From an uncultured Gammaproteobacteria bacterium (lineage in GTDB: Bacteria; Pseudomonadota; Gammaproteobacteria; JABCZS01), in contig CAWKDC010000001.1 in assembly GCA_963848305.1 (NCBI GenBank), positions 896,001-960,000 on the forward strand: a DNA stretch of 64,000 bases, written 5' to 3'. Both the position numbers and the translations under genes were made by a program. Shown here one piece after another: positions 1 to 11,234 of the stretch (its first letter is position 1; every line of letters starts with the position of its first letter). The notes under the pieces were generated by a model. That model did no database searches and was not told the origin of the DNA. It saw only the letters and a list, made by a program, of their open reading frames with translations.

Positions 1-122
1 GCGGATTACTGGCTTTTGGTTTTATCGGACTCTTTATCGGCCCAACCCTGTTGGCTTTGGCTTACACGCTTATCCTTGAATGGAGCCACGAGGAAGAAAG
101 ACGCCTGGAGCCCGAGGCTTGA
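1..122 (+). CDS. AI-2E family transporter (YdiK-like), 3' end only
   Basis: Manual translation from nt 3: GLLAFGFIGLFIGPTLLALAYTLILEW...*, the typical AI-2E C-terminal GxxGxxIGP motif. Confidence 0.7.
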   Translation, partial: GLLAFGFIGLFIGPTLLALAYTLILEWSHEEERRLEPEA

Positions 123-142
123 GTTTGTTATAATGCGAGGCT

Positions 143-1091
143 ATGCAGTACAATCCTTGGACATTTTGTGTCGCCCCCATGATGGGCTGGGCAGGACCGC
201 CACTTCCGTTATTTCTTTCGGTTGGCGTCCAAACGCGCGCGCTTATACACTGAAATGGTCACCACAGGTGCATTATTGCATGGCGATGCCGCACGTTTTT
301 TGGCGTATGATCCCGCTGAACATCCTCTCGCATTGCAACTCGGCGGCAGCGATCCCATCGCCCTCGCCCGTTGTGCGCGCATGGCGCATGATGCAGGATA
401 TGCAGAAGTGAACCTGAATGTTGGCTGTCCCAGCGATCGCGTGAAGTCTGGTCATTTTGGGGCATGCTTGATGGCAGAACCGCAGCGTGTGGCAGACAGT
501 GTGGCGGCCATGTGTGCAGCTGTCCCTATTCCTATCACCGTCAAAACCCGAATAGGTATTGATCACCTTGATTCACTCGAATATTTTGAATCTTTTCTCA
601 ATACTGTTGCACAAGGTGGCTGCCGTGTGTTCATTGTGCACGCACGCAAAGCGTGGTTGTCTGGATTGAGCCCGAAAGAAAACCGTGAAATTCCTCCGCT
701 GGATGTCGAGCGTGTGCGCATCGTGAAATCTAATTATCCCGACTGGACCATCGTCCTGAATGGCGGCTTGAAATCTTTACCTGATTGTCAAACAGCATTA
801 AACACATTTGATGGCGTGATGGTCGGGCGTGCAATTTATCATGACCTGTATCAATTTGTAAGTTTAGATTCAGTTTTGTTTGGGAAAGGAGAAATGATTT
901 CCCGCGAGGAATGGCTTGCCCGTTTTGAACCCTACATGCACATGCAATCCCAAAATGGCGTTCCCTTGAAAAGCATGAAGAGGCATTTGCTGAACCTTTA
1001 CAATGGACAGCCGGGAGCAAGAGGATGGCGGAGGGAGTTATGCTCATCTGGTGCGGGTGAGATTGGCCAAATAGAGCCGTTTGCTGGATAG
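143..1091 (+). CDS. dusA: tRNA-dihydrouridine(20/20a) synthase DusA; apparent frameshift near 190-198
   Basis: ATG at 143 gives MQYNPWTFCVAPMMGW, then a shifted frame gives DRHFRYFFRL...LYTEMV, LQLGGSDP, NLNVGCPSDRV, HARKAWL. Confidence 0.9.
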
Positions 1092-1257
1092 TGGGAAATA
1101 TTGAACTTGTTGATTTCGGCCGTTTCAATGTGTACCCCGCCCGGGATTTGTACAGCATCAGAACGGCCGAAAACACCATACTACACATTGCTTAAAGCAT
1201 AGCATAATTTTTCCAATTGGCATGGTATAATCCCTGCCTCTCATTATTTCTGGATGC

Positions 1258-2106
1258 ATGATCATGTCGCTCAATATCGCTTTTAAAAACAAACTATTCC
1301 AACGTTGGATGACGCTTTTTTTTGGATGGCTGTCCCGCTGCCCCATCCGAATCGTCAAAAACAAATTGATCCGCATGTTTGATCAACGCTTTGATATTTG
1401 CTGGGAAGATGCAGAATACACAACCCCTGAAGGCTATGCCGATTTCAACGCTTTTTTTTCACGAAGACTCAAACCTGGCAGGCGCCCCTTCATGCCACTG
1501 CCCGCAATGGTATCTCCGGTGGATGGTTTCATCAGCCAAATCGGCACGATTCGCGGCGAGCAATTGTTTCAAGCGAAAGGACATGTCTATTCACTCGTCG
1601 ATTTATTGGCGGGCAATCACACCATGGCGCAGGCTTTTCAAGACGGTGCATTTGCGACACTCTATCTTTCCCCTAAAGACTATCACCGTGTGCACACACC
1701 GCTTGATGCGCGCGTGACGGCCATGACATTTGTTCCCGGCACTTTGTTTCCTGTGAATGATCTATCCGTGAATGAAACACCGCAACTGTTTGCACGCAAT
1801 GAACGGTTGATCTGTTATATGGAAACGTCGCTCGGGCCAATGGCGATCATTTTAGTGGCCGCATTAAATGTCGGCAGTATGTTTACGCCGTGGCATGGTG
1901 TGGTGAACGCGGATGGCGTGCACACGTGGGATTACCGCGATAATCCGATTGTGTTAGCCAGGGGTGATGAAATCGGCGGTTTTTTAATGGGTTCGACGGC
2001 CATTATCTTATTGCCGAAAAATACCGTTCAGTGGGACGCATTGCCGAACCAAACTAGGATTGTGTTGGGACAAAGGATTGGGCTCTTGAGTTCTGGCTCG
2101 GTATAA
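1258..2106 (+). CDS. psd: Phosphatidylserine decarboxylase proenzyme
   Basis: FNAFFSRRLK, SPVDG, YLSPKDYHRVH, FARNER and MGST autocleavage motif. Confidence 0.93.
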   Translation: MIMSLNIAFKNKLFQRWMTLFFGWLSRCPIRIVKNKLIRMFDQRFDICWEDAEYTTPEGYADFNAFFSRRLKPGRRPFMPLPAMVSPVDGFISQIGTIRGEQLFQAKGHVYSLVDLLAGNHTMAQAFQDGAFATLYLSPKDYHRVHTPLDARVTAMTFVPGTLFPVNDLSVNETPQLFARNERLICYMETSLGPMAIILVAALNVGSMFTPWHGVVNADGVHTWDYRDNPIVLARGDEIGGFLMGSTAIILLPKNTVQWDALPNQTRIVLGQRIGLLSSGSV

Positions 2107-2142
2107 TCATTTATATGGAGCCAAAACTTAAATCTGCTGGGG

Positions 2143-2682
2143 TTGTATGCAAGCATTCATTTTTCGAGAATCAGAAATCAAGGTCTTATCACAGGTCCTA
2201 AAATCACCCCATGCAGAGATGAATACTGTCTATTCTATTTAAAATGGATAGAACCCACTCAACGTCATGATATGTGGTACGAATGGGCAGGTTATGCTTT
2301 TGAAAATATCTGCATGAAACACGTTGAAAAAATTCGTGAAGCACTGGAATTACAGCACATAGGATGCACTGTCTCCAGCTGGAAATTCATTCCAAAATCT
2401 GGCGAACAATCCAATGGCGCTCAAATTGATTTGCTATTTGACCGTGACGATGAGGTCATTACACTATGCGAAATAAAATTTTCTGACAAACCCTGTTCAA
2501 TCACCAAAGAATACGCCAAATCACTCGTTCAAAAAATGGATGTTTTTCAGGCCAGCACTAAAACTTCGAAGCAGCTGATGCTAGCCATGATCTGCACCCA
2601 AGGATTGAAACCCAATCTCTGGTTCCGAAGACCTAGTTCAGGCTGTTGTAACACTCGAAGACTTGTTTGTATGATCGATTAA
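2143..2682 (+). pseudogene. C-terminal fragment of an AAA ATPase / PD-(D/E)XK-type domain protein
   Basis: DEYCLFYLKWIEP, WAGYAFENIC, GAQIDLLFDRDD...LCEIKF; no P-loop N-terminus; likely true end LWSEDLVQAVVTLEDLFV* (2674) in a shifted frame. Confidence 0.6.
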
Positions 2683-2847
2683 AAAAATCGTCCTATTCAC
2701 CAAAAAGGATTCTGGAGCTTCAAAATGTGCCTATAAGAATGATGTTTTTCCGCATTGTCATGGGCCTAATAAAGCACAGGCTGAATGAGCTTTAGTTGAA
2801 AGGCAGCATGATTCATCCATACATTCGTGGAGCCTGTCTTCAGAAAT

Positions 2848-4305
2848 TTATTGGCTTGCAGCAGCATTAAACTCCCCCATACTCGGCAGAGTCACGTCCA
2901 ACACTGCCCAATGTTGACCGCCATCCGTTGTTTGTGCAATCAACGGGGCTTCTTCCATGTCATCCCTGGTCACATAACCTCCCGACAAAATACAATAATT
3001 TCCCGAACAACTGCTGGTATTGAAATTGCTGAATATTGCATCAGATGGCATACCCGACACGGTGGCTATCTTCCAATGTTTTCCAGCATCAGATGTTTGT
3101 ACGACTAAACCTTGATTGTTTGTACCTGCTGCCACGCAAAATTTGCCTGTGCAGCTCGTGCTATAGAATGTACCAGACACATCAGGCAACTGCACCTTCC
3201 ATGTTTTCCCTTGATTGGTGCTTTGTGCTAAAGAAGTCCCTGCAGCAACGCAAATGTGATCGCTACAACTGGCTCCGTTAAAAAAACTGCTGCCAGAGGG
3301 CATTCCACGAATAAGTGATGAAATATCAGACCAATCACCCGTTTGTGGATCACGCTGATACAGCACGGCATGCACAGTATCACTGTAGTGATCTCCAACC
3401 ACAATGCACCACGTTCCCGTGCAGGCGGAGGCTTTGACATCCACGATGTAGGAACCTATCACGGGGACATTCCAAGATCCTCCAACTGTTTTTTCTGCAA
3501 TGAATATATCACCCCCATCATCATAACCTGAAGCCATACACAGATCTTCACTACAGCTGGCTGTGAAAAAATAATTTGATCCTGGCCATGGGTCAGGGTT
3601 GCTGATAAATCCCCAGGTTTGTGTCACAGGATCACGTTCAGCAATTGTTGGCAACCCACCATAACCACCCCCTGTCGCAATGCACCATTCCCCTGAACAG
3701 CTTGTGGCGTGAAAAGCCCCATTCGTTGACCCCAGCGTGATATCATCCCAATCCGTACCGTTTTCATTTGTTTCATACAATGCAAACGCAATACCTCCTG
3801 CCACGCAGAGGTCATCGTCGCATGCTCCACTGAAAAACCCTTCTGCTGAAGTCGTGACCTCTTTCCACTGTTCACCACTATCGACTGTCTGAAATAGCAT
3901 GGCATCGGACAGTGCGCTGAAAAAAACACCCCGGTGCATAATATTCAGCTGATCACGCGTCGCAGGCATTGAACAACGTGCGGGATAATCCACTTCATTG
4001 CACACCGTCGGCCCGCCTTTTGTCAGACCGGTGATATCCAAGGCCAACACGCAACTGGCCTTCGACGCAAGTGAAAAAGGTGAAGCGCAGGTATCCGTCA
4101 AACCTACGGCTTGTGTCACGTGCGCCTGTGGCAAGATCCCATTATTGTTCAGCGTATAAGGTGTGTTATTTGTGACAGTGTAATACGCCACAGAACCTGG
4201 CACCGTTGGCAACGAATCTGTTGGAATGATGGAAAATGTGGGTGTTGCCATCGCGACGGATGCGCCCAAAAAGCCAACCAGGGTGAAGGTACGGTGTAGC
4301 ATCAT
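2848..4305 (-). CDS. Secreted Cys-rich repeat protein (probable beta-propeller with Ig-like N-terminal domain)
   Basis: Signal peptide; about 6 repeats of SCxxxxCxAxG; BNR/Asp-box-like motifs (TSDAGKHW, TTDGGQHW, STNQGKTW). Confidence 0.7.
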   Translation of the reverse strand: MMLHRTFTLVGFLGASVAMATPTFSIIPTDSLPTVPGSVAYYTVTNNTPYTLNNNGILPQAHVTQAVGLTDTCASPFSLASKASCVLALDITGLTKGGPTVCNEVDYPARCSMPATRDQLNIMHRGVFFSALSDAMLFQTVDSGEQWKEVTTSAEGFFSGACDDDLCVAGGIAFALYETNENGTDWDDITLGSTNGAFHATSCSGEWCIATGGGYGGLPTIAERDPVTQTWGFISNPDPWPGSNYFFTASCSEDLCMASGYDDGGDIFIAEKTVGGSWNVPVIGSYIVDVKASACTGTWCIVVGDHYSDTVHAVLYQRDPQTGDWSDISSLIRGMPSGSSFFNGASCSDHICVAAGTSLAQSTNQGKTWKVQLPDVSGTFYSTSCTGKFCVAAGTNNQGLVVQTSDAGKHWKIATVSGMPSDAIFSNFNTSSCSGNYCILSGGYVTRDDMEEAPLIAQTTDGGQHWAVLDVTLPSMGEFNAAASQ

Positions 4306-4314
4306 GCTATCTCC

Positions 4315-5046
4315 TCAAAATGTATATGAGAGCAGGAAAACAAGCTCCTGTGTGGGCGTATGATCATTCATGAGGGTCGCGCCCAGGTTACCCTGATTAA
4401 AATCCCCTAAAGACACTTTCCCCAAATCGCTGAATTGATAACCCAGACCAACACGCATGTCATCTATCACGGCTACTTCTAGCCCCAATCCTAAGGTGTA
4501 GGTGAAAGCGGTGTAAGTGTGATCCTCAAAGTTCCCATTGGCGAGGGTGCGTCCATTGAGTGCAGTTTCTTGGTAATTTTTTGCTTCATTGAATGCAACA
4601 CCTAAACCTCCCATGAGGTACCCAAACAGTCGATCAGTCATCTCCCATAGATATTTGTTCTCAAACAGGAGACGTTGGCTGAAGACTTCATAGGAATACC
4701 GAATATTGCCTTCATCGGGTAAAGAATAGGCATAACGAATACCTTCGGTTTGATAAGGATTTGGATTGGCGTAATAGGAAACGCCCGTTTGCCAGCGCAT
4801 GGTTTCTTGATAAAGGTCATATTCAGGCCCAATAAAAACACCCAGCAGCAAGCGTGTTGACGTGGCTTGTGTGGTGTCGAAAGCATCAGGCGCGGGTTCA
4901 TGCTTGACCAAAGCAACACGGTTATCGTGGCCCACTTCAGCCCAACTCGACCCCAATCGACCAGAAAAGACAAGCCCCGCAGTGGCGTCCAGCGCCAGCG
5001 GGGCAAGCAGGAAAGAAAAGTATATCCCTATACGCATGGTTGACAA
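4315..5046 (-). CDS. Outer membrane beta-barrel protein (opacity/OmpW-like)
   Basis: Signal peptide, amphipathic strands (YLMGGLGVAFN, VGLGYQFSDLG), C-terminal aromatic LSYTF. Confidence 0.75.
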   Translation of the reverse strand: MSTMRIGIYFSFLLAPLALDATAGLVFSGRLGSSWAEVGHDNRVALVKHEPAPDAFDTTQATSTRLLLGVFIGPEYDLYQETMRWQTGVSYYANPNPYQTEGIRYAYSLPDEGNIRYSYEVFSQRLLFENKYLWEMTDRLFGYLMGGLGVAFNEAKNYQETALNGRTLANGNFEDHTYTAFTYTLGLGLEVAVIDDMRVGLGYQFSDLGKVSLGDFNQGNLGATLMNDHTPTQELVFLLSYTF

Positions 5047-5090
5047 TCCTTTTAAAACTCAGCGCCCCGAAACGGCACTGAGCTTCAATA

Positions 5091-5384
5091 TTAGCAGAAT
5101 TGTTCGGCCAACAGGGCGATTTTTTTTGTTGTGAGGCCTTTGGCACTGATACCCATGGCTTCTAGAACAGAGCGGGCGGTCAGCTTTGCCATGTAGATAC
5201 GCACTTGACGGGGCAAGCGCTCACCACGGCCATTACGATTTTCTTCCCATTCGCGGATGCGAGAGTGAGTATAACGGGTGCTGAGGGCTTCATTCATCCT
5301 CTCTAAAGCTTCACCCAACGTTTTACCATTTTCATCCATTTCAACAGCCAGCCAGGCTTGAACCAAATTTTTTGCTTTCATCAT
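5091..5384 (-). CDS. Small hypothetical protein, possible HTH DNA-binding protein
   Basis: 97-aa ORF with aaggtg RBS and a consensus promoter; XRE-like segment (THSRIREWEE). Confidence 0.55.
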   Translation of the reverse strand: MMKAKNLVQAWLAVEMDENGKTLGEALERMNEALSTRYTHSRIREWEENRNGRGERLPRQVRIYMAKLTARSVLEAMGISAKGLTTKKIALLAEQFC

Positions 5385-5420
5385 GACAATACACCTTATA
5401 GGTAGATACTAATGCGAAAT

Positions 5421-5450
5421 AGTATACTGGCTGACATGAGGTGATGTCAA
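5421..5450 (-). promoter_or_regulatory. Sigma70-like promoter with overlapping palindromic operator TGACAT-N6-ATGTCA
   Basis: Minus strand TTGACA (5450-5445), 18-nt spacer, TATACT (5426-5421); inverted repeat 5432-5449. Confidence 0.55.
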
Positions 5451-5464
5451 GAGATATTAGGCTA

Positions 5465-5842
5465 TTAGGCGCCCATCGCCATCACATAGAGGCTCACCAC
5501 GCAAACCTGGGCTATTGACCACACCAGGCTACGGGCGGCGGCATAATCAAAAATATAGCAAAAACCATAGATTAACCGCGCCGCCACAAATGCGGCGGCC
5601 AAGATATTGACCTGTGAAGCCGTCACGCCGGTCTGCAGGCAAAACGCCACGCCCACGGCAAAGGGAGCGAAGTTTTCATAGTGATTCATTTGCACCCAAT
5701 TTGCGCGTTGGCGCCAACCCTGCAAACCTGCCAAATACTCACGTGGCTTGGCATTATCGAACCCCTTGCCCGATTTAGCCGCCATCACAAAACCATAAGG
5801 CAATAAATAAGCAAGTAAGACACATAAAATCGCGATAGACAT
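5465..5842 (-). CDS. MAPEG family membrane protein
   Basis: DNAKPREYL, RANWVQMNHYENFAPF, FVAARLIY. Confidence 0.85.
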   Translation of the reverse strand: MSIAILCVLLAYLLPYGFVMAAKSGKGFDNAKPREYLAGLQGWRQRANWVQMNHYENFAPFAVGVAFCLQTGVTASQVNILAAAFVAARLIYGFCYIFDYAAARSLVWSIAQVCVVSLYVMAMGA

Positions 5843-5854
5843 GGTGATTTCCTT

Positions 5855-6151
5855 CTATGATTCAAAAGCGGTTTTGCCGCCCTGAAGATTGTAAACGTCA
5901 AAGCCTTCTTCATTCAGCAATGCACAAGCCCGCTGACTGCGGCCGCCAGAACGACAGTAAATGACAATGGGCGTCTCATGAGACAACTCAACAAACCTCT
6001 CTTCTAATTGGCCCAGGGGAATATGCACGCCGCCGATATGTCCTTCCTCACGTTCATATGTTTCACGCACATCAAGCAATTGAAAATCGCGGTGCTCGCG
6101 TTGCCACGTTTTCAATTCGTCCGCCGTGATGGTATGCATGGTCATATTCAT
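5855..6151 (-). CDS. Single-domain rhodanese-like sulfurtransferase
   Basis: LLDVRE...GHIGG, YCRSGGRS, YNLQGG. Confidence 0.88.
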   Translation of the reverse strand: MNMTMHTITADELKTWQREHRDFQLLDVRETYEREEGHIGGVHIPLGQLEERFVELSHETPIVIYCRSGGRSQRACALLNEEGFDVYNLQGGKTAFES

Positions 6152-6756
6152 TTCCCCTTAAATTCTTCAGCCAATGCAGCTGCCACAGCAGGACGTGCGG
6201 AAACTGTATTGAAAAAGCGATCAATGTTAGGATAATCTGTGATGGGAATTTTGAAGGCTGACAGCCAACGCATCATCACAAAGCAGTAGGCATCGGGCAA
6301 GGTGAATGTGTCACCCAATAAATAAGTATGTCCAGAGAAATGCTTGTCTAACAGGTTCAATTTATTTTTCAGGCTGGGTAAGAATATCGTGTCTTTCAGT
6401 GCTTGTGGCACCTCCGAGCTGAATAATGGACCAAACCCTTTATGCACGTCCGAGGCCATGAAGCTGAGCCATTCCAACACACGGTAACGTTGAAAATCTT
6501 TCTGTGGGGGCAACAAGGTGGAAGGATACGTATCGGCCAAGTATTCTTGAATGGCCACGTTTTCAGTCAACAGTTCCCCATTATCGAGCAGCAAAGCAGG
6601 CACGCTGCCCTTGATATTCACCGCATAATAATCGTTGCCCGTGGCTGTTTTTTTTGTGTGCAAGTCAACCGCTTCATAGTCAAGTTTCAAGCCCAATTCA
6701 TGTGCAATGATGCGTACCGATAAAGAGCAGGCACCTTTAGAGAAATACAGTTTCAT
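6148..6756 (-). CDS. gstA: Glutathione S-transferase (beta class)
   Basis: MKLYFSKGACSL, GSVPAL, LTENVAIQEYLAD, FTLPDAY; ATG at 6756 follows a ggag RBS. Confidence 0.9.
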   Translation of the reverse strand: MKLYFSKGACSLSVRIIAHELGLKLDYEAVDLHTKKTATGNDYYAVNIKGSVPALLLDNGELLTENVAIQEYLADTYPSTLLPPQKDFQRYRVLEWLSFMASDVHKGFGPLFSSEVPQALKDTIFLPSLKNKLNLLDKHFSGHTYLLGDTFTLPDAYCFVMMRWLSAFKIPITDYPNIDRFFNTVSARPAVAAALAEEFKGK

Positions 6757-7070
6757 CAAGAACTCCTTTCTGTTCGGGGAAATCTCCCGGCAGTATACCA
6801 TTTTTTAAGCACCCTGACCCGAATGCGATCTTCTCGCTGCGCAAGCCAATCGACCCATTGCCAGAAAAAATAGGCGGGAATAAACCCGAGGGGCAAGATC
6901 AACAAACAAGCGAATAGATTCAACACAAAATAGCGCGATTTTTCAGTGAAGTAAAAACCAACAACCCCCATCATCACCATAACAGGGCCGCCAAACACCA
7001 CGGGCCAGACGAAACATTCCCCAGATTTCACCATGGTGTGTATACCCAAAAACAGCATTGCAAAGTGCAA
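6756..7070 (-). CDS. Hypothetical membrane protein; start uncertain
   Basis: Hydrophobic ORF heading the gst operon; the tail after KK reads through the gstA RBS. Confidence 0.4.
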   Translation of the reverse strand: MHFAMLFLGIHTMVKSGECFVWPVVFGGPVMVMMGVVGFYFTEKSRYFVLNLFACLLILPLGFIPAYFFWQWVDWLAQREDRIRVRVLKKWYTAGRFPRTERSS

Positions 7071-7128
7071 AGGTGAAGGTGTAAAGAATGAGATGATGCA
7101 TCAGTCGTTCCTGCCGATATTTTCACCC

Positions 7129-7157
7129 ATCCTAAAATACAGACAGAGGGATGTCAA
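7129..7157 (-). promoter_or_regulatory. Putative sigma70 promoter of the gst-rhodanese-MAPEG operon
   Basis: Minus strand TTGACA-17 nt-TAGGAT. Confidence 0.4.
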
Positions 7158-7220
7158 GCGACGCTCGTCGATTTTTAGACTATCCTTTATAGAGACAATC
7201 TTATTTTTGGAGAATCACTC

Positions 7221-7820
7221 ATGAACGTCATGAAATCTTTAGCAATGACCGCCGTACTCATAGGCTTAACGATGAATGTGGCCGTCGCCGATTGGTGTGG
7301 GTATCAAACTGGTACTCAACCAACCATCAATCGAGATCCTACAAATTTCTCTACGGTTGATGCCAATCAGGCAGAAAGTTACCTTGATCCAGCCATCCAA
7401 AAATGCAGGGACAATGGGGAATCCGTTATTGCAAACAACTTGAAAATTAAAAGAGATGCATGCCCCGCTCACTATGAAGATGAATGTGTCAGAGGATATG
7501 ATGCTCTGTGGATGAATCCCCCACCAGAATGGGTCACCAAATCGGCCGAAGCTGAACAGTGTGATGCGGTTCCCGCCGGAACCGATTCTAACTGCGCTTG
7601 CCGAAACAAATTTGCCAAGGAAGCAGGGGACACTACTTCTACAGCCAATTTTATCAATGGTAGCACTGCGGGTCTTGTCAGTGGATTAAAAACGCTCATA
7701 CCCGGATTGATCAATGATGTCAGCACGTGTCATACTCAAGGCAAGAGCAACTGTGACGTAGAATTGGTCGCGGCCAGAACTTGTTGCGCCCTCGTGAACG
7801 GTACGGACTGCGGCGTTTAA
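7221..7820 (+). CDS. Secreted Cys-rich hypothetical protein (12 Cys)
   Basis: Signal peptide (AVA-D), ggag RBS, own terminator. Confidence 0.7.
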   Translation: MNVMKSLAMTAVLIGLTMNVAVADWCGYQTGTQPTINRDPTNFSTVDANQAESYLDPAIQKCRDNGESVIANNLKIKRDACPAHYEDECVRGYDALWMNPPPEWVTKSAEAEQCDAVPAGTDSNCACRNKFAKEAGDTTSTANFINGSTAGLVSGLKTLIPGLINDVSTCHTQGKSNCDVELVAARTCCALVNGTDCGV

Positions 7821-7835
7821 CCAAGCCAATACCAC

Positions 7836-7876
7836 AAAAAGAATCCCGGGCTGCCGAGTAGCCCGGGATTTTTTTT
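7836..7876 (+). terminator. Rho-independent terminator, possibly bidirectional
   Basis: aaaaag AATCCCGGGCT-gccgagt-AGCCCGGGATT tttttt. Confidence 0.85.
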
Positions 7877-8044
7877 GAACGTGCAATAATACCTCCTTTT
7901 CATTCACGCTTTCAGCTCTTTATATTGTGCATTTGATCTATTTAACATTTAACAACGCTTATGAGACATTCAGTTTGTGCACAACACCATTATTTTGTGC
8001 GAGAATGTGCCATCTCACCACACACAATAATAAGGAAAACAGTG

Positions 8045-8992
8045 ATGCATGAAAAAATCCCATATGACCAAATTTACAAGCAATTTTTCTCAGATCCCAT
8101 GATGGTAAAGGCACTTTTATTTGGCTTCTTGAATGAGGACTGGGTACAAAATATCAATTTCAGCACCTTGAAACGGCTTAATACCAGCTATGTCACAGAA
8201 AATCTCCGAGAACGAGAGTCTGACATCATTTGGCGAGTTCAATGGAATGATGAGTGGCTGTATCTGGTGATTTTGCTTGAATTTCAGTCTACGATAGACC
8301 ATTTCATGGTGGTACGCATCTTATCCTACCTCTCATTACTTTATCAAGATATTATCAAAGAAGACAAGAACATTAGGAAAAACATGATATTGCCCCCGGT
8401 CTTACCTCTCGTTCTTTATAATGGGGATGAACCTTGGGATGCTCCAAACAGTTTCAGGCAGCTCATCCCTAAGAACCTTCCTGAAACACTCAAGAAATAT
8501 CAGCCAGACTTCTCTTGTTGGATTTTGGATGAAAGGCGGTATATAATAGACAAAGAGCATGAGGATAATATAGTTTCCGCACTTTTTTCTTTAGAGTGTG
8601 CCGAAACAACTGGCGAGATCTTGCTCATCACAAATCGTTTAACGAGAATGCTACAAGGTTCAGAATTTGATGGGCTTCGTCGTGCCTTTGTGGTTTACTA
8701 CAAAAGACGCTACAAAGAAAACCTGAAAGACCCAGATGCTCAATTTAACACCTTAGAAGAGGTAACAAAAATGCTAGAAAATAATGACACATTCGGCGCA
8801 CGTATTGAAGCACGCGCGAGACGAGAGGGGGAATTAAACGTCATCAAACGCCTATTAACGAAACGATTTGGTCCCCTCTCTCCTGAACAAGAGTCCTGTC
8901 TGAAAAATATGTCCGCTGAAAAATTGCTAGAGCTTTCCGATCTGGTGCTCGAATGTCATTCAATCGACGAAATCATTAACATGCAACATTGA
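8045..8992 (+). CDS. Rpn-family recombination-promoting nuclease/putative transposase with DUF4351-like C-terminus
   Basis: YDQIYKQFFS, RESDIIWRV, LLEFQST, LPPVLPLVLYNG, KRLLTKRFG. Confidence 0.85.
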   Translation: MHEKIPYDQIYKQFFSDPMMVKALLFGFLNEDWVQNINFSTLKRLNTSYVTENLRERESDIIWRVQWNDEWLYLVILLEFQSTIDHFMVVRILSYLSLLYQDIIKEDKNIRKNMILPPVLPLVLYNGDEPWDAPNSFRQLIPKNLPETLKKYQPDFSCWILDERRYIIDKEHEDNIVSALFSLECAETTGEILLITNRLTRMLQGSEFDGLRRAFVVYYKRRYKENLKDPDAQFNTLEEVTKMLENNDTFGARIEARARREGELNVIKRLLTKRFGPLSPEQESCLKNMSAEKLLELSDLVLECHSIDEIINMQH

Positions 8993-9026
8993 ACTAAGGT
9001 ACAAAAAATATTATACAAACTCTTTC

Positions 9027-9100
9027 ATGGAAGGAAAGAAAAATAAAATTTATCGTTCGTGGAGAAAAAATCATTCTCGATAAGGAGCTCGCTCGATTGT
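9027..9100 (+). pseudogene. ORF6N-domain remnant
   Basis: Frameshifted KNKIY/VRGEKIILDKELARL resembles the ORF6N N-terminus. Confidence 0.4.
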
Positions 9101-9203
9101 TACCGCTTATTGGTTCAAAAAATTATTGCGATGAATGAGCACGATGTTGGATAACATATTTATTTAAAAAAAAGCCTTTTCTATTAAATAGTGGTGGAAT
9201 GTT

Positions 9204-9446
9204 TCATAATATTACATCTTTCATATGCACGTTGATCCGTTCAGTAATCGCATTGGGCAATGGGTAATGAGTAGTGAATGCGTTGGCCATCAAGATTTCT
9301 ATCGAATCGTTTCACTGCCAATGCTTCTGTGCCACTCAAAATCCCCATGTCTGGAAGCTGATGAATGTCATGCTTTATTCTCCAGGCGCTAGAAATAATT
9401 TTCCTACACGCTTTTCATTTAACCAGACGGATAATAGATCGCTCAT
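9204..9446 (-). pseudogene. Collapsed HipA-like toxin remnant
   Basis: ATG overlaps the HTH gene stop; MSDLLSVWLNEKRVGKL...*; another frame gives EALAVKRFDRNLDGQRIH (HipA motif). Confidence 0.65.
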
Positions 9447-9724
9447 ACCTCATCCTCCTCTTCATCTATTGTCCATCTGGGCTCTTCAGGGGCACTGCCA
9501 TTGACAATCCCCTGGATCCTACCAATCAATTGCCGGGGAATCAACATTAACTCAGCATCCAATACACGGGCCATTTCAACGACTGTTGAAAGACGCGGAT
9601 CGGTCTCTTCCTGCTCAATTTTCGAGACGTGCGACTGGGGTAGGCCTAGTTTTTTGCCAAATTGCGTCTGAGTGAAGCCTTGTGCCACACGCATCTTCTT
9701 GATAGATCGTATAATATTGCTCAT
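9443..9724 (-). CDS. XRE-family HTH protein (HipB-like antitoxin)
   Basis: TQTQFGKKLGLPQSHVSKIEQ...DPRLSTV. Confidence 0.8.
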   Translation of the reverse strand: MSNIIRSIKKMRVAQGFTQTQFGKKLGLPQSHVSKIEQEETDPRLSTVVEMARVLDAELMLIPRQLIGRIQGIVNGSAPEEPRWTIDEEEDEV

Positions 9725-9855
9725 ATATTTGTTATAGCATATATTATAAATAGATAATATGCTTCTGCATATTATTTTTTAACCCGCGGACGGGTGCGGC
9801 TTGTATTTGGCGCATGCACCATTAACGGCAACAAAGAAGCTAAGGAAATGGTCTG

Positions 9856-11219
<1,364 letters not shown>

Positions 11220-11234
11220 CTACACTATCTATGC

